Of a stretch of DNA of 39,189 bases, positions 9,464-17,184 are shown in pieces. A program made the position numbers and the translations under genes. The stretch comes from an uncultured Sphingomonas sp. GTDB taxonomy: Bacteria > Pseudomonadota > Alphaproteobacteria > Sphingomonadales > Sphingomonadaceae. Every line of letters starts with the position of its first letter. The first letter of the stretch is position 1. Location of the stretch: positions 1 through 39,189 of the forward strand of contig CBFRWL010000001.1 in the NCBI GenBank assembly GCA_965727025.1. The letters run 5' to 3'. The notes beneath the pieces were generated by a model that searched no databases, was not told the origin of the DNA, and was given only the letters and a program-made list of their open reading frames with translations.

Positions 9464-9600
9464 ATGGAGCAGATCAGCGTCGTCATCCTTCGTCTTCAAC
9501 GGCGTCGACGAGCTTGACCTCGCCAGGCCGCTCGACGTCTTCTCGCATGCGGCGGACGACGCGCCTGCCCTCGACGTCCTCACCGTCCCGGCGGCCATGG
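9464..9600 (+). pseudogene. frameshifted, truncated N-terminal relic of a DJ-1/PfpI (class-I glutamine amidotransferase-like) gene
   Basis: The ATG at 9464 reads MEQISVVI. After a +1 shift near 9488 the frame reads FVFNGVDELDLARPLDVFSHAADDAPALDVLTVPAA. This matches my recollection of the hhhhhF-G-h-x-LD-h-x-GP-h-x-VF start of DJ-1/PfpI and GlxA-type proteins. The remainder of the domain is missing because the P450 3' end begins at 9630. Confidence 0.3.
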
Positions 9601-9629
9601 CACCGCCGCCGGCTTGGGACGCCGCCCCG

Positions 9630-10868
9630 TTACACGGGCCAGGCCAGTTGCAACTCCAGAACCCCGTTGACCATTCCCGTCGCCAGCACCGGGGTGGTGC
9701 CCGGCGCGATTTCGAACTCGGGGATACGGGTCAGCCATTCTTCCAGGAAGATGCGCAGCTCGCGCCGCGCCAGCACCGCGCCGGGGCAGGTGTGCGGGCC
9801 GTTGCCGAAGGTCGCGTGACGGATCGGGAAGGGCCGCGAGAAATCGACGGTGGTGGGATCCTTAATCTTGCGCTCGTCCATGCCGACCAGCAGGTTGGGC
9901 GGCAGGATCATGTCGCCTGCCTTAAAAGGCACACCCTTATAGTCGAGGTCACGCGCGATATAGCGCGCGGTGTTGGCGATGCCGTGGCGGCGCAGCAGTT
10001 CCTCCAGCGCGTTGCGCATGAAGGGCTCGTCGTTAAGGCGGGACGCCAGTTCCCGCCGGTGATCCGGGTTCATCGCCAGGAAGCGGGCGACAAAACCCAG
10101 CATGCCGGCCACCGTGTCGAGACCGCCGAAAAGCACCAGGGTCGCGAAGCTGATCGCATTGTCCAGCGGCATCTCGTGCCCGTCGACCGGCGCGCTGACC
10201 AGCTTGCTGATCAGGTCCTGGCCGGGGTTTTCGCGCCGGGCGATCACCGTCTGGGCGAGATATTCGCCGACCTTGCGATGCGCAGCGCCGCGTATCTCGG
10301 CCGTGCGACCACGCACCGAATCTTCGGCGATCGGCAGCAGATAGGCGCGATCCTCGCGCGGCAGATCGACCATGTCGAGGAAAACGACGATCGGCAACAC
10401 CTTGGCGAAATCAGCGATGAATTCGCAGCCACCCTTGTCGCGCAGGCCCTCGATCAGAGAGACGGTGACGTCGCGCACCTTGCTCTCCAGCGTGTTGACC
10501 ACCTTAGGCAGCAGCGCCTGCATCAGTGGCCGTCGATAGGCGCCATGCTCCGGCGGATCGAGCTCCAGCGGAATCTGGCGCGGGGTGCCCTCGGGCATGC
10601 GCGGCAACACGATCTTGCGATGCGAAAAATACTCATGATCACGCTGCATCGCCTCAATGTCCTCGGCGCGCGTCGCGACCCAGTGACCGCCGTTGCGCGG
10701 CGTCCAGAAGATATCCGGCGCTGCCTGCTGCACCGCCCGGTAGGCGAGCTGGATGTCGTCATTGGAGCCCGGAACGTCGTACATATCGAAATCATAGACC
10801 AGCGCATCCGGCACATGATCCGGCTTCGGCGCCAGCGGGCTTATGTTGGCCGCGTCCATTTCCATCAT
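9630..10868 (-). CDS. cytochrome P450, CYP101 (P450cam)-like
   Basis: LAPKPDHVPDALVYDFDMY N-terminus (compare P450cam LAPLPPHVPEHLVFDFDMY), I-helix FGGLDTV acid-alcohol pair, heme loop FGNGPHTCPGAVLARRE. The start is ambiguous among ATGs at 10868, 10865 and 10859. GAGGAG spacing favours 10859. Confidence 0.9.
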   Translation of the reverse strand: MMEMDAANISPLAPKPDHVPDALVYDFDMYDVPGSNDDIQLAYRAVQQAAPDIFWTPRNGGHWVATRAEDIEAMQRDHEYFSHRKIVLPRMPEGTPRQIPLELDPPEHGAYRRPLMQALLPKVVNTLESKVRDVTVSLIEGLRDKGGCEFIADFAKVLPIVVFLDMVDLPREDRAYLLPIAEDSVRGRTAEIRGAAHRKVGEYLAQTVIARRENPGQDLISKLVSAPVDGHEMPLDNAISFATLVLFGGLDTVAGMLGFVARFLAMNPDHRRELASRLNDEPFMRNALEELLRRHGIANTARYIARDLDYKGVPFKAGDMILPPNLLVGMDERKIKDPTTVDFSRPFPIRHATFGNGPHTCPGAVLARRELRIFLEEWLTRIPEFEIAPGTTPVLATGMVNGVLELQLAWPV

Positions 10869-10872
10869 CTCC

Positions 10873-12093
10873 TCAGGCCGGCCACTTCAGCGGCAGTGCC
10901 AGAATGCCATTGACCATGCCCGTCGCCATCACGGTCGGTCGGCCAGCGTCGATCGCAAAGTCCGGGATGCGCGGCAGCCACTCTTCCAGGAAGATGCGGA
11001 GCTCGCGGCGTGCCAGCACCGCGCCCGGGCAGGTGTGCACGCCGTTGCCGAAGATGGCGTGCGGTACCGGGAAGGGGCGCTCGAAATCCACCTTGAGCGG
11101 ATCAGCCACGCGACGTTCGTCCAACCCGAACAGCATGTTGGGCGGCAGGATCATGTCCCCTTCCCTGAAGACGACCCCTCTATAGACGAAGTCTTGCGCG
11201 ATGTAGCGCGCGGTGTTGGATATCCCGTGGCGGCGCAGCAGCTCTTCCAGCGCCGTCTTCATGAACCCCTCGTCGTCGAGCCGCTCGCGGATCTGGCGGC
11301 GATGCTCGGGGTTCATCGCCAAGAAACGCGTGACGAAGCCGAGCATGCCGGCCACCGTATCCAGCCCACCGAACAGCACCAGCGTCGAGAAGCTGACAGC
11401 GTCCTCCAGCCCCATCTTCGCGCCGTCGACTGGCGCGTTGATGAGCTGGCTGAGCAGATCGCTGCCGGGCTTTTCCCGCCGCGCAATCACCGTGTCGCGT
11501 AGATAAGCGTTGATTTTGCGATGAGCCGAGCCACGCTGCTCCACCGTCCGGCCGCGCACCGAATCTTCGACGATCGGCAGCAGATAGTGCCGGTCCTCGC
11601 GCGGCAGATCGACCATGTCGAGGAAAACGACGATCGGCAGGATCTGGGCGAACTCCCCGATGAAGTCGCACTCACCGCGATCGACCAGCCCATCGATCAG
11701 CGAGCGTGTGACCTCGCGTACCTTACTTTCCAGCGGAGCGATCGCCTTGGGTAGCAACGCCTGCATGAGCGGGCGTCGGAATGGCGCATGCTCGGGCGGA
11801 TCTAGCTCCAGCGGGATTTGTCGATAACCGTCGGGCATGCGCGGCAGCGTGATCTTACGGTTCGAGAAGCGCGCATAATCGCGCTGCATCACCTCGATGT
11901 CCTCGGCGCGGGTGGCAACCCAGTGGCCGCTGTTGCGCGGGGTCCAGAAGATGTCGGGCGCCGCCTGCTGCACTGCGCGATAGGCGAGCTGGATATCCTC
12001 GTCGGAGCCCGGAAGATTGTAGAAATCGAAATCATAGACCAGCGCGTCCGGCACGTGATCCGGCTTCGGCGCCAGCGCGGTCGTCTCGCTCAT
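10873..12093 (-). CDS. cytochrome P450, CYP101 (P450cam)-like; tandem paralogue of 9630..10868
   Basis: Track ORF 10873..12129 trimmed to the ATG at 12093 (MSETTALAPKPDHVPDALVYDFDFY). GGAGAGGGAG lies immediately upstream and the start is 10 nt after the upstream SDR stop. Motifs FGGLDTV and FGNGVHTCPGAVLARRE. Confidence 0.9.
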   Translation of the reverse strand: MSETTALAPKPDHVPDALVYDFDFYNLPGSDEDIQLAYRAVQQAAPDIFWTPRNSGHWVATRAEDIEVMQRDYARFSNRKITLPRMPDGYRQIPLELDPPEHAPFRRPLMQALLPKAIAPLESKVREVTRSLIDGLVDRGECDFIGEFAQILPIVVFLDMVDLPREDRHYLLPIVEDSVRGRTVEQRGSAHRKINAYLRDTVIARREKPGSDLLSQLINAPVDGAKMGLEDAVSFSTLVLFGGLDTVAGMLGFVTRFLAMNPEHRRQIRERLDDEGFMKTALEELLRRHGISNTARYIAQDFVYRGVVFREGDMILPPNMLFGLDERRVADPLKVDFERPFPVPHAIFGNGVHTCPGAVLARRELRIFLEEWLPRIPDFAIDAGRPTVMATGMVNGILALPLKWPA

Positions 12094-12103
12094 CTCCCTC
12101 TCC

Positions 12104-12874
12104 TCAGAGCGCGGTATAGCCGCCGCCATCGACGAACAGTGTCTGCCCCGTGATATAGCCGCACAGCGACGAGCACAGCGCCACGATCACGCCGCCGATG
12201 TCGCTGCGTCCGTTACCCATGCGGCGCATCGGCACGCTCGCCTCGATCATCTCGCGCACGCCTGGGTTCGCCTCGAAATAGACGAGCGTCGCGTCGGACA
12301 TCGAGGCCGGGGCCAAAGCGTTGACGGTGATGCCGTGGCGCCCCCATTCCCGCGCCAGCGACTTGCTGAGGCCACGGATCGCGCCCTTTTGCGCTGCATA
12401 GACCGGGTTGGCACCGCTGCCCTTGATACCGCGCAGCGAGGTGAAAAACACCATCCGCCCCTCCCCGCTCGCCTTCAGGTGCGGGAAGGCGGCACGGGCG
12501 AGATAGAAGGCGCCGTCGAGCGAGACCGCGCCATGCTCGCGCATTAGATCGACCGATTGCTCCTCGACTGTCTGACTCATCGCCGAGCCGCCATGGACGG
12601 CGTTTTGAATGAGGATGTCGAGACGCCCGAAGCGCTCGACCGTCGCCGTCACTGCCGTCTCGACCGCCGCCTTGTCGGACACGTCGAGCGCGAGTGCGAG
12701 CGCCGCGCCGCCCTCCGCCGTGATCGCGTCGGCGGTCTTCTGCGCGGCCTCGATCCGGCGCGCCGTCACCACCACGGAGGCACCCGCCGCCGCCAGTGCG
12801 AGCGAACTTCCCCGGCCGATGCCGGTGCCGCCGGCGCCCGTCACGAACGCCACCTTTCCTTTCAGCAGGCTCAT
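12104..12874 (-). CDS. short-chain dehydrogenase/reductase (classical, apparently catalytically complete)
   Basis: GKVAFVTGAGGTGIGRGSSLA, NAVHGG, PVYAAQKGAIRGLSK (YxxxK), FVDGG. Its ATG overlaps the stop of the upstream SDR-like gene (ATGA at 12871-12874). Confidence 0.9.
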   Translation of the reverse strand: MSLLKGKVAFVTGAGGTGIGRGSSLALAAAGASVVVTARRIEAAQKTADAITAEGGAALALALDVSDKAAVETAVTATVERFGRLDILIQNAVHGGSAMSQTVEEQSVDLMREHGAVSLDGAFYLARAAFPHLKASGEGRMVFFTSLRGIKGSGANPVYAAQKGAIRGLSKSLAREWGRHGITVNALAPASMSDATLVYFEANPGVREMIEASVPMRRMGNGRSDIGGVIVALCSSLCGYITGQTLFVDGGGYTAL

Positions 12875-13512
12875 GGCAGCATCAGCTCCCCACCATCCAG
12901 CACCAGCGATTGTCCGATGATCCCCTTCGCCCGGGGATCGGCCAGCAGGGAGAGCAGCGCCATAAGCTGGCCGACGTCGGCCGCGCTCCCGGTCGCCAGG
13001 GGATCGGGATCCTGCGACTTCGGCAGTTCAGCGCCTTGCAACTCGGGCGCGAACAGCAGGGTGTCGATCGCGATCCAGGTAAAGCGGAAGCCGCGCTTGC
13101 CCATCTGGCGCGCAGCGGATTTCATTAGCGCCCGCTGGCCCTCCGCCACGGCCGCGAGCAACGACAACCCGTCGCTGCCCGACAGCGCCATGCTTGGCCC
13201 CGCGAACACGACCGGCGGCGGATCGACCTGGTAGCGCGCGCTCAACGCGTGCAATGTCGAGAGCATCAGTTCGAGCGGCCGATCGACCCCCTCGCACCAC
13301 TGCGTGTCGCTGAGCGCTTCAAACGGCTGCGGGCGCAAAGCCTCGTCCGGGCAGCCGACGAACAGGATCAGGTTCACGCCGCGGCGCGTGGCCTCTGCCA
13401 CCGCCTCGCCGGGATCATCGCGTCCGATGTCGATCAGTGGCGCGTCGAGCCCCTTGGCGAGCCGCGCCGCAGGCGCGCCGATGCCGAGCACCAGCATGTT
13501 CGTCCTTTCCAT
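12871..13512 (-). CDS. degenerate SDR-fold protein lacking the cofactor and catalytic motifs; putative non-catalytic partner subunit
   Basis: 213 aa, colinear with the SDR fold: MLVLGIGAPAA in place of TGxxxGxG, ILFVGCPD in place of NNAG, AAVAEGQRALMKSAARQMGKRGFRFTWIAID in place of YxxxK...IrvNaIaPG, and a C-terminal GQSLVLDGG. The start may be Met6. Confidence 0.7.
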   Translation of the reverse strand: MERTNMLVLGIGAPAARLAKGLDAPLIDIGRDDPGEAVAEATRRGVNLILFVGCPDEALRPQPFEALSDTQWCEGVDRPLELMLSTLHALSARYQVDPPPVVFAGPSMALSGSDGLSLLAAVAEGQRALMKSAARQMGKRGFRFTWIAIDTLLFAPELQGAELPKSQDPDPLATGSAADVGQLMALLSLLADPRAKGIIGQSLVLDGGELMLP

Positions 13513-13564
13513 GACGCAATCCTAGCCTAGCCAGTCCGGAGCGGGAGCCCCATCCTCGATCCAT

Positions 13565-13606
13565 CGCAATCGCGCTGAATCCGCGTTCTCATGCGCGCGA
13601 TTTGCG
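13565..13606. repeat. imperfect inverted repeat CGCAATCGCG / CGCGATTTGCG with a 21-nt spacer in the divergent promoter region upstream of the CoA ligase; candidate operator
   Basis: Arms at 13565-13574 and 13596-13606. They are reverse complements except for one extra T. AT-rich TAGAGAAT and an AGGAAA RBS follow before the ATG at 13648. Confidence 0.2.
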
Positions 13607-14650
13607 CCGCACGCTCGCGCCGCCCTAGAGAATAGGAAAATCACATCATGGCTCAGGATCCAGGCATGCCCACCATTCCCCGCTTGCTCGCCGAAGCCGC
13701 CGCGCGCTGGAAGGGCAAGCCGGCGCTCGTCGCGCATGACGGAACCACCAGTTTCGCGGAGCTCGACGCGCACGCGACCGAAGTGGCCCGCGCCTTCCTC
13801 GCCGCCGGGTTGCAAAAGGGCGAGCGGGTGGCGCTGTGGGCACCAAATATGTGGGAATGGGTCGCGGTCGCAGTCGGCGCGCAGCGGATCGGCGGCGTGC
13901 TGGTGCCGCTCAATACCCGCCTGCGCGGTGGCGAAGTGGCCGATGTGGTGCGCCGCGCCGACGCGCGTTTCCTCATTTCGGTCGGCGATTTCCTCGGCCG
14001 CTATTATCCTGACATGCTCCGCGATCAGGTGATGCCAAACCTGCGCAGGACGATTGTGCTGCGCGGTGCGAAGAATGGCCACGAAAGCTATGAAAGCTTC
14101 CTGCGGCTGGCGACGCAGGCCGATGAAGCCGTCTTCGCTGAGCGTGTCGCCGACGTCAGCGAATATGACATCGCCGACATCATGTTCACCTCCGGCACGA
14201 CGGGCGCGCCCAAGGGGGCCATGTTCGATCATCGCCGCTCGATCGGTGGCGGCCGCGCCTGGCAATATATCGCTCGGCTCAATGCGGAGGACCGTTATTG
14301 CTGCTTCGGACCCTTTTCGCACAATGCCTCCTACAAGGCGGGCTGGGTCGCGGGGCTGCTGACCGGCGCCTCGATCTACTGGCCGGAAGCCTATGACGGC
14401 GCCTCGATCCTGTCCTTGATCGCCGATAACAAGATCACTGTGATGCCCGCCCCGCCGACCGTCTGGTTGGAAGCGCATGCCCATCCCAACCGGAAGGACT
14501 GGGATACGTCCAGCCTGCGCTACATCAGTACCGGCTCCACCACCGTGCCGATCGAGTTGATGCGCCGGCTGAAGGCGGACATGAACATCCCCGTCGTCTC
14601 GACCGGCTATGGCATGACCGAATGCTGCGGCTCCGCCACCCACACGCGGG

Positions 14651-14688
14651 ACGGCGACGATGTCGAACGGCTATTCTATACGGTCGGG
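14651..14688 (+). repeat. direct repeat copy 1 (38 nt; 41 nt if the preceding GGG is included)
   Basis: ACGGCGACGATGTCGAACGGCTATTCTATACGGTCGGG. Identical to 14790-14827 except A14673 versus G14812. Confidence 0.95.
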
Positions 14689-14789
14689 GGGGGGGGGGCG
14701 GGGGCCCCGGGGCGCGGGGGGGGGCGGGGCGGGCCGGCGGGGGCGGGGGGGGGGGGCCGGGGGGGGGGGGGGGCGCCCCCGGCGGGGGG
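14689..14789 (+). other. G/C-only filler tract, strongly G-skewed on the + strand
   Basis: There is no A or T from 14686 to 14789 (104 nt; I count 82 G and 22 C). G runs of 13, 9, 12 and 15 occur. This composition is unlike anything else in the window. Confidence 0.95.
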
Positions 14790-14827
14790 ACGGCGACGAT
14801 GTCGAACGGCTGTTCTATACGGTCGGG
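14790..14827 (+). repeat. direct repeat copy 2
   Basis: ACGGCGACGATGTCGAACGGCTGTTCTATACGGTCGGG, 139 nt downstream of copy 1. Confidence 0.95.
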
Positions 14828-15348
14828 TGCCCGCTGCCGGGCACCGAGATCAAGGTGGTCGGCCAGGACGGCCATGAGATGCCGGTGGGCGAGGCCGGCG
14901 AGGTGCTGATCCGCGACGACAAGCTGCTGATCGAATATCTCGACAATCCCGAGGCGACACGCTCGACGATCGATGCCGACGGCTGGCTGCACAGCGGCGA
15001 TATCGGTGCGATGACATCCGACGGATATCTGCGCATCACCGATCGCCTCAAGGATATGTATATCGTCGGCGGCTTCAACGTATATCCGGCCGAAATTGAG
15101 CGGCAGATGAGCGAGCTACCCGGCCTGCATTACTGCTCGATCGTCGGCATTCCGGACCAGCGGCTGGGCGAAGTGGGGCACGCCTTTATCGTGCGCGCCG
15201 CCGGCTCGACGCTGACGGAGGAAGAGGTGATCGCCTGGAGCAAGCAGAACCTCGCCAACTACAAGGTGCCGCGCGGCGTCACCTTCGTCGACGAGCTGCC
15301 GATGAATTCGTCAGGCAAGGTGCTCAAGTTCAAGCTCAAGGAACTGGT

Positions 15349-16113
15349 CTGACCCGCACCGCGCTCGTCACGGGGGCGGCGTCCGGCATCGGCGCGGCCA
15401 TCGCCGCGCGACTGCGTGCGAGCGGCCGGCGGGTCATAGGGGCGGATCTGGCCGGTGTCGAGATATCGGCGGATCTCGCCACTGAAGCGGGACGTGCTAG
15501 GCTGCGCGACGAAACGCAGCGTCTGGCCGGGAGACATATCGACGAGCTCTATGCCTGCGCCGGCGTGCTCGATCGTGGGCAAGACACGCTCTCGGTCAAC
15601 TATTTCGGCGCGGTCACGACCCTGGTCTCACTGCATCCCCTTCTACAGGGCGGGGAAGCGCCGCGTGCCGTCGCGATCGGTTCGGTCGCCGCCTACAACC
15701 CGCCCGACGAGCCGTTGATCGCCCTTCTGCTGGCGGGCGACGAAGCCGCCGCCCGCGCCGCTGCCGCGGAGAAGGACGGCCTGACCCTCTATTCCGCCAC
15801 CAAGATCGCGCTCTCGCGCTGGTGCCGTGCGACGGCAATCACGCCGGAATGGGCCGGTGCGGGCATCCTGCTCAACATCGTCGGGCCCGGACTGGTCGAG
15901 ACTGGCCTCAACCGCGAGACGTTTACCGATCCAGATCGACGCCGACGCGTCGCCAAGATGATGCCCTGCCCGCTCGGCCGCCATGCCCAGCCGGACGAGA
16001 TTGCGACGCTGGCGGCATATCTTGGTTCGCCGGAGAACAGCTTCGTCGTCGGTCAGGTGATCTATTGCGACGGCGGACAGGAAGCCTTCCAGCGCGGCGC
16101 GGAACGTCTGTAG
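15349..16113 (+). CDS. SDR resembling 3alpha-hydroxysteroid dehydrogenase/carbonyl reductase (Comamonas testosteroni HsdA type); apparent CTG start
   Basis: The track shows only 15565..16113, but the frame is open upstream. It encodes (L)TRTALVTGAASGIGAAIAARLRASGRRVIGADLAGVEISADLATEAGR...LSVNYFGAV...YSATKIAL...GPGLVETG. This is colinear with my recollection of HsdA (VISGCATGIGAAT...VIADLSTAEGR...VSVNYFGAT...YAGSKNAL). There is no in-frame ATG, GTG or TTG before 15565. CTG at 15349 has AAGGA 6 nt upstream and overlaps the ligase stop (CTGA). Confidence 0.65.
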   Translation: MTRTALVTGAASGIGAAIAARLRASGRRVIGADLAGVEISADLATEAGRARLRDETQRLAGRHIDELYACAGVLDRGQDTLSVNYFGAVTTLVSLHPLLQGGEAPRAVAIGSVAAYNPPDEPLIALLLAGDEAAARAAAAEKDGLTLYSATKIALSRWCRATAITPEWAGAGILLNIVGPGLVETGLNRETFTDPDRRRRVAKMMPCPLGRHAQPDEIATLAAYLGSPENSFVVGQVIYCDGGQEAFQRGAERL

Positions 16114-16207
16114 GCGTATCGCCCATGCGAAGTTCGCCGCGCATGTTGCATGCATATTCGCAAAAGTGCGGCCATGATGTAATAGGTTTTCTGGATAGGA
16201 GATCGAT

Positions 16208-17164
16208 ATGTTTCAGAAGCGCTTGCTGACACCTCATCTCGGAGCCGAGATCATCGGCGTCGACCTGACGCAGGAGGTGGATGAGGCAACCAAGGAGGAT
16301 ATTCTCACGGCCTGGATCGAACATGGCGTCCTCCTCTTCCGCGGCACGCCTGGCTCGGACGAGAATCACATGCGGCTCAGCCGGATTTTCGGCGAGATGG
16401 AGGCCGCCGCGACCAAGATCATGAACAGTGAAGACAATCCCTTCCTCATGAACCTACGCCACGATCCGCATAATGAGGATATCCGTATCAATCAGCACTA
16501 TAATGTCGATGGCCAGGACCGTGCCGGCTATATCGGCTGGCATTGGGACCAAGCCTTCATGCCGACCATCGTGCGTGGCGCCGTGCTGCGCATGATCGAG
16601 CCAGCGAGCGAGGCGGGTGAGACCGGCTTCGTCGACGCGATCGGCGCATATGACCGTTTGCCGCAGGCCCTGCGCGAGCGGATCGAGGGGCTGGAGGTGA
16701 CCTACCGATTCTGCGGCAAGATGGACGATAACACATATGGCATCGGCAAACTCGTCCCGCTGCCGCGCAAAACCAAAGCGGGCGAGTCCGCCAAAACCGG
16801 CTTCGACTTTCCGCCGGTGGTGCATCCGATGGTGATCACCCAGCAGGAAACCGGCCGCAAGGTGCTCAAGCTGTGCCCGATGCATTTCCCCAAAGTGCTG
16901 GACATGGAGGCGGAGGAGAGCGACGCGCTGCTCACCGAGCTGACCGGCTATCTGCTCGACCCGACCTATGCCTATTTCCACAAATGGCAGAAAGACGACA
17001 TGATCGTTTGGGATAATTGGCGGGTTTGCCACATGGCTACCGGCGTGCCTCTGGATACACCGCGCTACGCGCGCCGCACGACGATCATGGGAGATTACAA
17101 GGTCGGTCGCTACCTCGACCCGACACTGGATCGCAACCGTGAAGTCGCGCGCATCGTCGATTGA
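16208..17164 (+). CDS. Fe(II)/2-oxoglutarate dioxygenase, TauD/TfdA family
   Basis: 318 aa. WHWDQAF (HxD), IVWDNWRVCHMATG (distal His), RRTTI. GGATAGGAG RBS. Confidence 0.85.
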   Translation: MFQKRLLTPHLGAEIIGVDLTQEVDEATKEDILTAWIEHGVLLFRGTPGSDENHMRLSRIFGEMEAAATKIMNSEDNPFLMNLRHDPHNEDIRINQHYNVDGQDRAGYIGWHWDQAFMPTIVRGAVLRMIEPASEAGETGFVDAIGAYDRLPQALRERIEGLEVTYRFCGKMDDNTYGIGKLVPLPRKTKAGESAKTGFDFPPVVHPMVITQQETGRKVLKLCPMHFPKVLDMEAEESDALLTELTGYLLDPTYAYFHKWQKDDMIVWDNWRVCHMATGVPLDTPRYARRTTIMGDYKVGRYLDPTLDRNREVARIVD

Positions 17165-17184
17165 TCGGGAAAGGCGCGGCCGGC

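Larger units (their letters stand above)
13648..15352 (+). pseudogene. AMP-dependent acyl-CoA synthetase/ligase, interrupted by a 139-nt frameshifting insertion (as assembled)
   Basis: The N-terminal part lies in ORF 13648..14877 (FTSGTTGAPKGAMF AMP motif). The C-terminal part lies in ORF 14660..15352 in another frame (GWLHSGDIG, YLRITDRLKDMYIVGGFNVYPAEIE, SSGKVLK). Both frames read DGDDVERLFYTVG on either side of the G-tract. Removing 139 nt leaves 1566 nt, a clean 521-aa ORF. Confidence 0.85.

Noticed and set aside
9396-10913. 505-aa plus-strand ORF; also 10526..11185, 10843..11502 and 11818..12153
   Set aside because: These are antisense shadows of the two P450 genes. Only the first ~45 codons after 9489 look protein-like, and I report those separately as a possible DJ-1/PfpI relic.
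13522-14643. 373-aa minus-strand ORF
   Set aside because: It is antisense to the acyl-CoA ligase, which has clear AMP-binding motifs, and it has no motifs of its own.
14525-14992. Pro-rich (minus) and Gly-rich (plus; 14622..14909, 14660..) 'proteins' spanning the G tract
   Set aside because: These are simply translations of the G/C-only filler. They are not collagen-like or PE/PGRS-like genes. They vanish when the 139-nt insertion is removed.
16141-16160. GCATG repeats and the TGCATGCA palindrome (16147-16154) in the lower-GC spacer upstream of the TauD-family gene
   Set aside because: It is short and expected by chance in a 94-bp spacer. There is no flanking promoter geometry I can defend.
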